A stretch of 20,568 bases of DNA from assembly GCA_026026165.1 (NCBI GenBank), contig JAPEUD010000001.1, forward strand, positions 930,001 to 950,568, read 5' to 3'. The translations under genes and the position numbers were made by a program. Shown here piece by piece: positions 1 through 11,819 of the stretch (positions are counted from its first letter, which is position 1; each line of letters opens with the position of its first letter). The notes under the pieces were generated by a model that ran no database searches, was not told the DNA's origin, and saw only the letters and a list, made by a program, of their open reading frames with translations. The stretch is from Sarea resinae. Its lineage: Eukaryota.

Positions 1-3000
1 AGGACCGGAGTTCCGTCTTGCGCGTGCATTGGATGAGGATGTCGAGGTATTGCGGGAACGAGGAGAGGAAGGTGAGGACGGTCGGTAGGAGCGGTGGCGG
101 AGGTGGTGTTGTGATCTCCCCCGTCGCCGAATTGTGTGGCGTGTGAGCTTTGGAGTTGTCGACTTCGTCGTCGAGAACGTCGTGCAGGAGCATTTCGAGC
201 GCGTGCGGGAAGTAGAGGAGATGTGCGTAGAAGTGTGACAGGTGGAGCGCGGCTGGGGAGTTGTATTGAGACAGATAATAACGCATCAAGCGTGGGAGGA
301 AGAGGTGCGTCTGTTGTGTTGATTAGTACAATCGATATAAAGGGTGGACGGCAGGACTCACCCTGATCGGTAGACGGAAAAATGCAAAGTTGATATCCCG
401 TCGCTGGATCAATTCAGGCTCGACGCCCAGAATGATGCCCTTGCTGAGGAGAACCGAAAGCGGATAGAAGTCTACGGGGATTTTGACGGCCGAAGGAGGT
501 TCCCTGGTGGGCTCGATTGAAGCCGAGCGGAGGACATCCAGCACATCCGGCCACACCTTCACGTCGCGGCCGTCGAAAAGCCAAAGCGAGTCCCGCAAAC
601 CGTGGCTATTAAGGCTGCTCAATGCTCCGTCCGCGGGCGGCGTCGATGGAGCTTCTGATTCAGGAAGTTGGAAGAATAGCTGGTCACGCATGAGGACGTA
701 ATACTCGACATTTTGGGCAATAATCTTCATGTCGTACTTGAGTTCGCCTGCATCGTTGGTAGACGGCTGTAACAGGACGAGCTTGCCGTCGACGAGGAAA
801 AGTACTGTAGCAACTGCCACATCTTGCGCTGGTTCCCCGTTTTCTACGCCTTGGTTAGAAACATTGGTGATGACTTTGGCCATAACTTACGGATCTGGTC
901 GTCCGGTAGCACCCAGCTAATCGCACGAACCCTGGCAGGTGCCCGAATAATGCCGTGAAATGCAATCTGTCCAACTTGCACGAGCCTGATGCTCTCGGCA
1001 GTCGCAACAATAATGTAATGGTACAGGATGTTGTCATAAGTATAAACAAGAAGAGAATCTTCCCCCGAAAGGGAAATGATGACTGCAGGAGCCGGAAGGC
1101 TCTCCGCATGCAGCATTAGAGTATTATCCAGAGAGAGCTCTCGGGAATATAGCCTGATCTGGGGGGTATTAGTCTGTGACGTCTTTTGATACCCTTTGGC
1201 ATACCTCGTAGTAATCGCTGAATTCAACAGCGGCGATCAATATGTGCTGGTGCCAGCACATGCCACCGCGAACGACGAATTCTTCCTCCATATCGCGGTC
1301 GACAAAAGTTTTCCATCGTCCGCTATGCACACTGTAATGTGCTAAACCGCGTCGTCCGGCTACAGCCACGTATCGCCCGTCAGGAGATATCACTGCACTC
1401 CGGATAGGCCACTGATCCTCCAGATAGCTCGAAGGTATCTGAACATGGTTCCATAAAGACGCATCTGCCGAAATGGTTGTGAGATCTGATTGCTCGTGCC
1501 CTCGGTAGGCCATGAATCCTGTGTTGGTCTGCAACAAAGAACGAGAGATATTGGCGGAGGAAAAGCAGCCTGCCACTGCACTCCTGGCTACCTCCAAGAC
1601 CCAGAGGCGATCATCATTTGGTCCGAGGAGGAGTATCTCTGCACCGCCCGATATCCAACTCGCCTCTGTCACGCCTGTGAGCCATCCTTCTTCATTGCTT
1701 TCTGATATGGACGAGTCAGAGACGAAGCTATTTCCGCCGGCCTTCCCATAGACGCTCCAGCTTGCCCACCCTCTTTCATAACCGGCGAAAAGACAATACC
1801 CATCCGGTGAATAGTTTAGGTATGTCATTCGCCCGGAAGTAGACGAAGAGACCGAGAGGGCTAGTCTGTGTGAAATCGGAATATTTCCAACGTAATCTCT
1901 TGCAGAGTATACGTAAATGTCATTGTTCGCGCAGCCAACAGCAATTAAAGAAAACCTGGCATTGATCGCCGCCTTGACAGCATAACCTTCCTCACTTTGT
2001 GGGGTGTGGAAACAGTAGCCTCTGAAAAGCGGCTTAGGGGTCTGTAAATCTTTTGAGGCAGCGCTGAACAGCCCGGACACTCGCTGTACCGCATATGCTT
2101 TGCCGTCATTCATAATCCATGCCGAGAGGTTCATTGGTCTGTCGTGTATCATATCGGTAATTGTAGACTTTTTTGCAATCCAAGGCATTCGATTTAGAAG
2201 CTCTGTGCTTGTTTGACTCCCAGTGCTGTCAGGAGTCCATCGGATACACTGGATGGCAGCTGGCCTATGAGTTGCGACCACCAATTCCTCGTCCAAAGCC
2301 AACGCTCGAACAACACCCGCATCAATCTTAATTACCATCCGGAATCGTATGTTGACCTCTCGTATTCCGCCGTCATCAGCATGGTCTTGAAATCGTTCCC
2401 TCGGGTTGTAGTCTTTGTACCCATGCATGCTGTGGCGTCGCTGGTGGCCATTCGATCCGTTGAGATATTGAGGCTTGTAGACCTTAGAATTTGGATCTGT
2501 GGCAAGAGAATATGTGATGAGGTAGCCCAGCGAAGTTTGCACAACGTAAATGGCGGAGTCGGGGCGCACGAGGAGGTTGATGCTCGGCCCATACGTTCTG
2601 ATCGACTGCGGCGAGCGGACCACTGACGCCAGAATCGCAGTTGGCTATATGATATATATCAGTCACTCATCATGTTTTCCGAAAGGAGCTTATGAGATAC
2701 CCGTGTTTGCCATATCGTCAACGTACTCGCGCTTATTGTTGCGAACATATGCCCGTTTCGGGAGACCCGCAATGCGACGATTTTTCGGCCATGCTGCTTC
2801 CCATAATCACTCTCCTTCTTATCCTCTGTTGGCGACTCCGATGTCAATCTCGTAGGGCCGTCTGCAGTCTGGGTTCTTCCCCTTGATTCATCCACCTTGT
2901 TCGAACCGACGCGGACTTGCTCATCGTCGACCGAAACCCTTTTTGTCACCGCTTCACTCTTTTCAGAGAACCATTCTTCGCGCGCAGTCTCCGCCGAGTT

Positions 3001-3096
3001 CGTATCGGCGCCATCGTCGGACGCGACGAGGCTCTCTTCAGGCGGAGTGCGATTGCTCGCTGCGTATATTCGGGGTGCCCCAATGGGCCAATACAT
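1..3096 (-). CDS. RIC1: RIC1, subunit of the Ric1-Rgp1 GEF for Ypt6/Rab6; 3' end lies outside the window
   Basis: Exons 3096-2701, 2644-1205, 1158-891, 843-362, 310-<1. Introns 2645-2700, 1159-1204, 844-890, 311-361 are all GT..YAG with CTRAY branch sites, and the frame is preserved. Starts MYWPIGAPRIYA, has a WD40-like middle (AVISPDGRYVAVAGRRGLAHYSVHSGRWK) and RIC1 C-terminal motifs (HALEMLLHDVLDDE...QCTRKTELRS). Family recognised from memory. Confidence 0.92.
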
Positions 3097-3586
3097 GGCT
3101 GGCTCTTCAATAATCCTGCGAGCGGCCGCATTGGAAGAACGGTAATGAGACTGACGGACGAGAGTTGATGCCCTTCATGCCGTATTCTGGACGTCCCCGT
3201 CCGGTTGATGTCAAGAGCTGAACATTCAAGAGTAAGTGTTCCATTGTCTTTTGGTCTGAGCTCATAGTTGGGACCTTAATCTAACGCTCGGCTACGAGTC
3301 GCGTCTATCGCGCTTGATAGGAAAGACCGCCTGTCCCATCAATGTCATATGCATGAGGCGAGTGAATGGTATGACGAGATTTTAGAGTAGGCAAAGCCTG
3401 CACGATGATTCATTCGTTGACAGGTGATGCTATTATGTTTCAATGTATCTGGTACAGATTATAGCGTAGTAAAGATCGCCACCAGCTTATACGGGCTCTC
3501 AGATGATAGCAACAACCACTTGAAGGAAAATACGGATATTCTCCTTTCGGGAGTGAATAGCCGCAGCTCGCTCAATCAGGAATCCT

Positions 3587-5320
3587 TCATCCTCCATATG
3601 CATCTCCCAGAACATCCCTTTCATAGCCGTGATATCCATCGCCCCCAAACGCTCTCTCGGCTTCCTGAGACCAGCCTTCCTTCTTTCCAAGCCAGTCGCC
3701 CCCGAGAAATTGTCGTATGCACGTATCTCTTGGCTTCCTCTGAGGAGACTCCAGCGGGACTAGTTTGTAGAAGTTTTCATCGATTGACGTCGGTTCACAA
3801 GAGCAGCGGCCAGCAGACGACGAAGGGCAGTGACTAAGTGAGCCGTTCATCAATTCGACTTATACGTCCCAAAGAAACGACCAAGACTTACCGGTTGATA
3901 TCGTGCTGATAACCTATATCTTGAAAGAACCAGATCTCTCTCTTCGGAACGAACATGGCCACACTCAAGGTGTGAATCGGTGCATCTCCATAGCGTTCGT
4001 AAAAAAAGCCACCGCCGCGGTCGAGCCAATTGAAATATTCCTCGTTCGCTTGACTCCTGAAAAAGCGCAGATCGCCAATTTCGAAGTTGGAGAAAAACTG
4101 ACAGTTATTGTACTCGCCGCCGTTGTGAGCATCCAAAATCCAGTCTAGGTCTGCTTCAGGATGGATCAGGTCGGGGTGAGCATTGATAAATGTACGCGTT
4201 CGAGACCAGAGTGAGGGAAAAGAGCGAGCATCATCTAAGATGTTCATGTTGAAGCCGTACTTTAAGTTATTGTCATTCATGAAGCGAAAGACGTCGTAGT
4301 CAATATCGCAAAAGAAATGGACCTATTCTCAAGTCAGCTGTATCCTCGTATTGCCTCACTGCATGCGCTTACATCTGGCTCGACCCGCCAATACCAGTCG
4401 AAATCCTTCAATCTCGGGTGCTTGTAGAAGAATCCGCTGTTCCACCGACACATATGACGATAACTGATCATCCAACCTTTGCCTACACCAATTGTTCCCA
4501 GGTATTCTAGGCTGTTCATGAACCTTCCTTCGTCGATCCAGTCGGGTAAAGACCAATGCTCCTTGGGAATGACCTCGTAGTAGCACTCGGCTGAGGTGAG
4601 ATTTTGCGTGGCCGCCTGCGTAATAGTTAGCAAGGTATTTTACAGCAGGCCAGGGCCTCTACCGACTTTGAATTCATCGCTGAAAGGCTCGTCGTTGAAG
4701 AAAATCCACGGGTACTTGTATTTCCGATTCCAACGGTATTCCAGTTGCTTCATACTTTGCATCAAGCCAAGGAGTTCTGCGTTTCGCACAAGACTGATTA
4801 GAGCAGCGCGCGGCCTCTTCGGCGGTCGTTCGAAGAGGGAAAACATGCTCGGACGAGATGAGATGGAGAATCTGTCCCCCGAGTTTCGTTCCAGCCATCG
4901 TTTTGGGTCTATAGCGTTGACGGCTACTGTTGTCCCATGGTTTACGTCATTTACCCTCAAGCCAGAGAGCGATGTTCGATGCTGAGTCGGAGTATAACCT
5001 ACTGCGGATAGTGACGGAGCGAACCACACCAAGATGGACAAGGCGATGCAGAAAAAGACGGCGACTTGTCTCTTCGACAAAGTAATGCATAGGCTTGGCA
5101 GCCTGGTTAGAATGAATCGAGGCGGTGCCCTCGGCGATGCGAGCCAGAACGAAGTAGATGATGACCGCGAGCTTAAAGAAGGTGTGGCCGAAGACGAACC
5201 GCTAGATGGCAGAGAGAACTTGGCGATGGATGAGAAGGAAGTATTTGGATTCATGGCCGGAGGTCTGTCACGGCCATCCTTCGGTGGAGGAGTTGACGTC
5301 GCCCGGTCCAAGTGGCCCAT
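3587..5320 (-). CDS. KRE2/MNT1/KTR-family alpha-1,2-mannosyltransferase (CAZy GT15), type II membrane protein, ~524 aa
   Basis: Exons 5320-4667, 4615-4373, 4322-3892, 3833-3587; introns 4616-4666, 4323-4372, 3834-3891. Motifs AALISLVRN, YPWIFFNDEPF, SYRHMCRWNSGFF, YWRVEPDVHFFCDIDYD, SNFEI, GGFFYERYGDAPIH. One hydrophobic anchor (VAVFFCIALSILVWFA). The start could be the later ATG (MNPNTS). Confidence 0.93.
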
Positions 5321-5433
5321 ATTGGACTGACGTCGATGCTGATGTAGGTTGTAAGTGATATTATCAGTGTTGAGGTCTAGGTCGACGATTCTTGGCTTTG
5401 GTCAGTACGGGAAGGTAGATGTGATAGTCAAAT

Positions 5434-5481
5434 GCCAGCGCCAAATCTATGAGTAAAGCCAGCGCCAAATCTATGAGTAAA
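5434..5481. repeat. Perfect 24-bp tandem duplication (GCCAGCGCCAAATCTATGAGTAAA)x2
   Basis: Copies at 5434-5457 and 5458-5481, read directly from the sequence. Confidence 0.95.
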
Positions 5482-5821
5482 TCGTCCCATTTCGCATCAT
5501 GTTGTTTGTCTAGCTGATTCAATGACAAACATATGGATAGGAAGGAAATGGTTGATAGTTCAGTATTACAAGGCGACCTAGGTAATCAGCACCAAAACGA
5601 GAAGACCTCGGGCTCGGACAATGGACAACCCTGGGGAAAGAAGTGAAGATTACGATTAATCAGAGAATAGGAAATGCAGAAGTGCTGCGATCCAGAATGA
5701 TCAGCTGAGCTTCTTGGTACCTCCAATTGATGGCTCTGCTAATCCCAACGAAGATGCCTGTATTGACCTACAACTAGCATTTCCTCTTTTGAACGCCATC
5801 AACACCAGATCCCCCATTCAA

Positions 5822-8800
5822 TTATGAACTCATAGCGTCTTCGCCGCCGCCACCACCACCACCACCACCACCGCCCTCTATTTGCTCATCCATGACACCA
5901 AGGAGCTTGGCATATGGAACGGTGATGCGCTGGAGATCGCGATGCTTTCCTTTAAAATGGAGTCAGTAAATGCGAGCCCTTCGGTTGGGTCGTACGGAGT
6001 AACGATTCCGCATATCGCGAGCGAAGGTCAACATACCTAAGAGCAAGATCACCTCTTTGAGCAACTTCCGCCTGTCGCACCCACAGAGCTCCTCACTCTC
6101 TTCCTGCCAACCTCTGCCAGACCCTTCTTTGACCAGACTACGGCCTTCTGCGTCCCCATCCGTTTCTCTGAAGATACCCCCGAGGAGGCCCCTCAGCAAT
6201 TCTTCGACTTTGCCTTTCATCCCTTCAGCTCCCAGACGTTTGGCATACATCTGCAAATATACTCTAAACTCTTCCCTTGCGCCAAGCTGCAACGCTGCCG
6301 CTACTCTATTCTCCAAGTGAGCAATAGAGACGCTGGATTCGAATCCTTCAAACCCTTCTCTCGAAAGCAATGATTTGATGAGCCTCTGCAAAAAGTGAGC
6401 CCGGCCTCGAAGAAGAGTCTCGTTGGTTGTGTTGCGTTCGAGGTGAGGTATGATGCCGGCCGACAGGTTTGCCAGGCTAAGGTTGTCGTCTTTAATCTTC
6501 GCCGCATTTGTGGAATCCGAGTTTGTCTGCAGATTACCCACAGACGAATCGGTGGTATTCCAGTATTGGCTTCCAACCGCCCACCACATTTCCGAAAGTC
6601 GTTGCCATACATACATCGAGGGAGAGTAAGTGTATCCATCCCCATTCGAGAGCGTGATGATTATGTTTCCTTGCGAATTCAATCGTGCAGATGTGACAGC
6701 AGCTGCCATCGTAGGATGTCCCTGTAAACTATGTATTGCAATGTCGAGGACTGGACCCAAGGACACGGGAGGATGAGGGGACGAGAGGGTCTTGATATTC
6801 CAAACGTGGCACATTCCAGCAGCGGTAACGCATAACACCCACCAGCCCTTGCTTTCCAGTATCACGGGTTGGGCCTCTACAACCAGGGCATTCAGCAGTC
6901 TTCTTCCAGCGGGTGTCCAAACGTGTATACTACCGTCCTCACAAGCGGCCACCCACATATGCTTATAACCGGTGACAAGTAAGACATTTCTCGGCAAGAA
7001 GTCTTGCCAAAGTATCTGCCCACGCTTAGTGAGTGAGATTCTAGCGGGATCGCGATCTTGAACTCTCCCAGTAGCCGCCGGCCCGGTAGGATTTCGTGCC
7101 TCGAATACCACACTAGCGCTGGTTGCGCCTGACTTTTGACCAGTTGCGCCATTCGTTCCTTCAGCGACAGTGTCTCCAGTTGAAGGCTTGCCTTCACTGT
7201 CAAAGCCATGCACAATGTGGCTTCGCACTTTGGGCACAGCCAGCCGCACTTGACTTATAGCTAGGCTTGGATTGACGACCGCTGGCCTGAGGAACTCGGG
7301 CGTAGGTTCAGCAGGTTTCGGAGTAGAAGCGGTGGGCGGTTCAACACCGTCGACTCCATTCACGAGGATTGGCACACCTTTGCCACGGCGGGAGGTAGCC
7401 GCCTTCTTCTCAACATGGCCTTCTTCATCGCCATCAAATACGGCAGCTTTGCGTTTGTTTCCCAGTAGTAGCGCCGCCAGCCCTCCCCTAGGTAGCCCAT
7501 CATATGGCTTAGACAAATCAAGGACTGACTGCGGCGCATCGTTCTTGACTCCTTGTGTAGCAGTTGAAGCTGCCATTAATTGAGTTCGAGGAAGTGACGA
7601 CTCTGCGCCGCCGGCGGCCGATGAAACCAAAATCGGTGTTACTCTCTTCTTGCCATCTGGACCAATTGTGACTCTCTGCTTTAGCTTCTGGACTTTGGCC
7701 GCGTTGGCGTCTGCCTGCTGCTGCGCCTGGCTTTGAACTGCAGAGCTTTCGGCTGGTTGGGCATTGGTTTGAGCTGTCGAAGAACCTTGTCCGGACGGTG
7801 TCCCAACGGCTGATGTGGCGACGCCTCCCGAAGGAGTGTTCACTCCGCTTCCATTAATCTTTGGTCCCGCCTTTTCGTTCTGGTCGCCCATGAGTTCGCC
7901 CATTCGTCCTTGGACGCCTTTCAATTCACCCTCTTTACTCCTTTCTTCAAGCAACAGGCCTTCGGTTCCTTCAACAACACCAATGCCTCGTCGGCCGGCC
8001 CCATATTTTGCGAGAGACTTCTCATTTTCTTCCAAGCCAACTGGATAGCCGAGATCACCATCATCAAATATGACAGAAACGATGCTTCCGTCTAAGCTCG
8101 TAGCGAAGAGGTGTTTTCCGTCTCCACTCCAAGCGAGATCGGATATTGACTTCACGGTGAGATCTTGAGTGATCACGAGCGGTCTGGGATGGCTTGTGTT
8201 CCAAACGCTCAAGGCCTTGTCTTGGCCGGCGCATGCAATTACAGTGACCATATGTTGCATCACGACCTTGCCATCCTGATTCAGTTGGTTTGGAGGATCT
8301 TTGCAGAAGAGTCTTGGAGAGAAAGCGCAGACCTCCACTGGCCCCTCATGTCCAATAAGATTGATCTCGCTATCCCAAGATCCGCGATTGATGATAGCGA
8401 CCGAGCTTACTGGGCCATTCACGGCATTCGCAGCAGCGATGTGATTCCCGTCCGGAGACCAAGAACAACGTCGGAAGTAAGTCGTCAAAGGTGACGAGGC
8501 GAACGGGGTCACAATGGTCGTCTCAATCTGATAGTTGTTCATCTGATCCTGTGCGGTGGAGTTCGGTGCTGGCGGCGTGAAACGGAATATCTTGATCGTT
8601 CGGTCATCGCTGGCCGTGGCGAAGTACTTGTTCGCCGGATCAAAGGTCAAGCCCTTGACATGACTTTGATGATGCGAGAGTGTTTTCAATTTCTCGAACG
8701 TGAATCCTGACCAGACAACCACCTTCGAGTCTAAGCCCACTGAGACCAGTATCGAAGCGTCATAGGACCAGCCGAGGTCCTGAACGTCGTTGTCATGCCC

Positions 8801-9385
8801 AATCAGACGACGAAATATCCGCCAAGTTTCCACCGGTGGGGGCTCGTTCGTTCCTAACGCGAGATCAATACACGGTCAACGATCGCGACGCGATGAGAAT
8901 GAACGAACCAAACGTAGCGGCGTGTGAAGGAGGATGAGGGTCAAGCGTATAGACACAAACAATCTTGTCGTCCGCACCCGACGCCAAATACTTCCCGTTA
9001 GGTGAGAAGCGTACTGTGTGGATGGTTCCGGAATGGTAGCTCATCGACGCCAGCTGCTTGGGCTTCGTGTACGAAGGGTCTCCGGCATTGTAGATGGCCT
9101 CGGTCGACCAAACACGAACATGGCCATCTGTATAGATGTGTTAGGCTTGATCAATCCCTGCCTCGGTCGCGATGAAGTGCTCCTCCGCGAGACTTACCAC
9201 CGGCCGCTGTCACTAATCGGCTCCCATCCGGCGAGACATGGCAGCTGTAGACTTCGAAATCCTTCCTCTCCCCTGGGCAGCGTATTCTCGTCAGCCTTGA
9301 GCTCCAAAAGGCGCCTCGAGGGCTGAATGGCAAAGAACCAGATCTCACCTCCATGGGTCAACCACGCAGGCTTGATGATGCGCAT
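5822..9385 (-). CDS. HIR1: HIR1/HIRA histone H3-H4 chaperone and histone-gene corepressor, ~1091 aa
   Basis: Exons 9385-9349, 9272-9198, 9127-8909, 8853-6037, 5949-5822; introns 9273-9348, 9128-9197, 8854-8908, 5950-6036. Starts MRIIKPAWLTHGGERKDFEVYSCHVSPDGSRLVTA, then WD40 repeats (GHDNDVQDLGWS, HVKGLTFDPANKYFATASDDRT), the Asf1-binding B-motif (QRVTIGPDGKKRVTP) and the Hira C-domain (SIAHLENR...GKHRDLQR). Confidence 0.96.
5843..5875 (-). repeat. Coding GGN microsatellite, GGC(GGT)7(GGC)3, encoding 11 Gly at the HIR1 C-terminus
   Basis: Plus strand reads (gcc)3(acc)7gcc; lies in the last HIR1 exon (...EQIE-G11-EDAMSS*). Confidence 0.9.
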
Positions 9386-9969
9386 CTTCACTATCGATGT
9401 GGTACCAGCTTGGATGGCATATTAGGTCAAACGAATAGCATGAGTTGACAACAGCGAGCTCCGTCAAGAGCTGGCGAGAGTGAGCACTCGACCACGAGTA
9501 ACCTGGGAAGGGTTGGTAGAGTGAAGAGAGCCAGCGGTGAATTGGAGCCAAGGGATCCCACTCGGGCTCGTAGATTGACAGCGAGAGCTTCAAAGGTTCA
9601 AGGTTGTTGCTATCGATCGGATGGCATGCACGCTACCTCAGCCTTGAGGGACGACCTACGGGGCAGAAGATACGGTATCCTACTTTGTACCTGTTGTACC
9701 TGAGCTCCAGTTTGCGACAACTGACATCAAAGGTGCCGCCGCAGTATGATGGCTCGACGTGGTCCGTGCGCGCGTTTGCCTGTCGCGGTGCAATCTGTTC
9801 TGCCTATACAGTGGATACATTTGATATTGCTTCAGCAAACAAGGACATGACTTTAATTGGTATCCTTTTATCTTTCCTTCATTATTGTCATCACCATATC
9901 GGGTCCGATCTACCCTATCTACCCTATCTGTTTCCGGCGACAGCTGGCGGTGGAACCTCTTTTGAAGAT

Positions 9970-11144
9970 CTAAGAGGAAACGCCCGGAGTATCGGCTATC
10001 TTGAAGATATATTTCACGCCGCTCGCCTTCCCATCCTTCAAATCCTTTAGCGCCTTTTGCACCCCCTCAAGACCGCCTGGCACCACCTCGTAAGGATGTC
10101 CAGAGAACCACCCTTCTTGCAACCCTCTGCCGAACAGTCTAAAGAAGGCAAAGGCGAAGTCTCGGTCACCTAGCTTCACCCCCGCCTTTCCCTCATCGGA
10201 ATCTGCGCTGATATCCATATGGACGGTGCCAACCATGGTCCGCTTTGCAGTGACGGAGTCGGGCAGCCCTGAGTCATCCGCATTCGGAAGCACGGTGTTG
10301 ATTTTACCTCCAGGGGCAAGAGCCTTGCCAAGGGTAGCAATAGTATTGCCCTCACTGACAGCATCATAAGCGTACAAGACCTTGCTCTGGCCGGCCTTCT
10401 CGACGGCCTCTTTGATCCCCTGGAGGACCGCTTCCTCTCCCTTGCGGTAATCAACGATGGTATCGCCCTTGCTCCTATCAATGAGGCCTTCGACAAATTT
10501 TGAGGCCTTTCCAGCAATGGCGATGACTGGATGTATGTTGGAGAGTTGTGCCAGCTTGATAGCATAAGCGCCCACGGCCGAAGACCCGCCGTAGACGATG
10601 AGGGGAAGAGGCTTGGTAGTAGGTGTGTATGGTGCCGGAAGGCCAAGTGATTGATACAAGCCGAGGGCGGCAGTCATGGCAGCAAGAGGGACGGTCGAAG
10701 CTTCTGTGAAGTAATGAGTTCTGCCATTGACCTTCTCAACTGTAGAATTCACCTACCTTCGAAAGATGTCTTCTTAGGGATGTGAAAGGTCGTATGGGAC
10801 CAGGCGAGGGCGTACTCGGCATAACTTCCATGGGGAGACATCATCTCGTGGAAAGCTGCGACTCTGTCGCCAGGCTTGAACTCGGTGACATTGTCTCCCA
10901 CGGTATGAATGTACTAAGCAGATGTCAGTACGAGATAAGGCAAAAGGCCATTCGAAAGGCTATATACCCCTGCGATGTCATCTCCTTGATTGATGTTGTT
11001 GCCCGTCCATTCGGGGACCTTCCAGTCCTTGGGGTTGGATCCTGAGTAGACGACTTTGATGACGACCTGATCCGCATTCGGCTTGGGGATCGGAGAGTCG
11101 ATGATCTCGACTTTCGGACCTGCGTAGATGATCGCCTCCTTCAT
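9970..11144 (-). CDS. Medium-chain dehydrogenase/reductase, enoyl-reductase-like (ToxD/LovC-type) NAD(P)H oxidoreductase, ~355 aa
   Basis: Exons 11144-10968, 10913-10757, 10703-9970; introns 10914-10967, 10704-10756. Motifs SGSNPKDWK, GDDIAG..VGDNVTEFKPGDRV, GSYAEYA, EEASTVPLAAMTA, Rossmann motif IVYGGSSAVGAYAIKLA, and GKASGVKY. No zinc-binding cysteines. Confidence 0.93.
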
Positions 11145-11265
11145 GGTGAATTGCCTGTCTCTTCGATTGTTGGTCGTATAAAGTGTTTCCTATAAAGTGT
11201 GGGAGGATGGTGTTGAAGACGGCGTAACTGATGCTAGGTGCTGAGATCACTGGCAGAACTACTCT

Positions 11266-11273
11266 CTTATAAA
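11266..11273 (-). promoter_or_regulatory. Possible TATA box (TTTATAAG) of the MDR oxidoreductase gene
   Basis: About 125 nt upstream of the ATG at 11144; supported by position and motif only. Confidence 0.3.
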
Positions 11274-11819
11274 CATCAATCTACAGCTACCTTACCATGC
11301 AAAGGTACCTTATTTATTCAGTCTGGGTGGTAAAGCGGGGAACCATTGTCTGGTATGTGAAACGAGACAATTGCATTATTAATTCTCGGTGGAATCGGGC
11401 AGATGTCATGACAAGCTCCAGATGCATCCAAGAGCCAGGGTCAGACACGAATTGTGCGTCCAGCTATGGTGGGGCATCGCGTCATACGGGGAAGTACAGG
11501 ATCAGTAATCAAGGAGCTGAACGTGAGCGATCAGATACTTCTACTGTACTTTGTACGTCAGGTGGACGCCAAAGATGGTAGCAAAAGTAGTGGCAGGATT
11601 ATGAAGGGTTTATGAAGGATCATGATGATGATCATCACGATGATCATCCAGGCCAGCAATATGATTGAATGAAATGCATCCTCAACAGGCTTACTCTACA
11701 ATATTGAAGGATTCACAATCAGTAGATCATAGAGACGCGTGGAAGTCAAGCCCTTGCGAGGGCTACTAATGCAAAGCCGCTAGCATTCTGACCAAGAAGA
11801 CATTCATGCCACAGCAATT

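Noticed and set aside
3424..3837. 137-aa plus-strand ORF between RIC1 and the KTR gene
   Set aside because: Largely antisense to the last KTR exon, no homology recognised.
9604..10050. 148-aa plus-strand ORF between HIR1 and the MDR gene
   Set aside because: TTG start, overlaps the MDR 3' end in antisense, and has non-coding-like composition.
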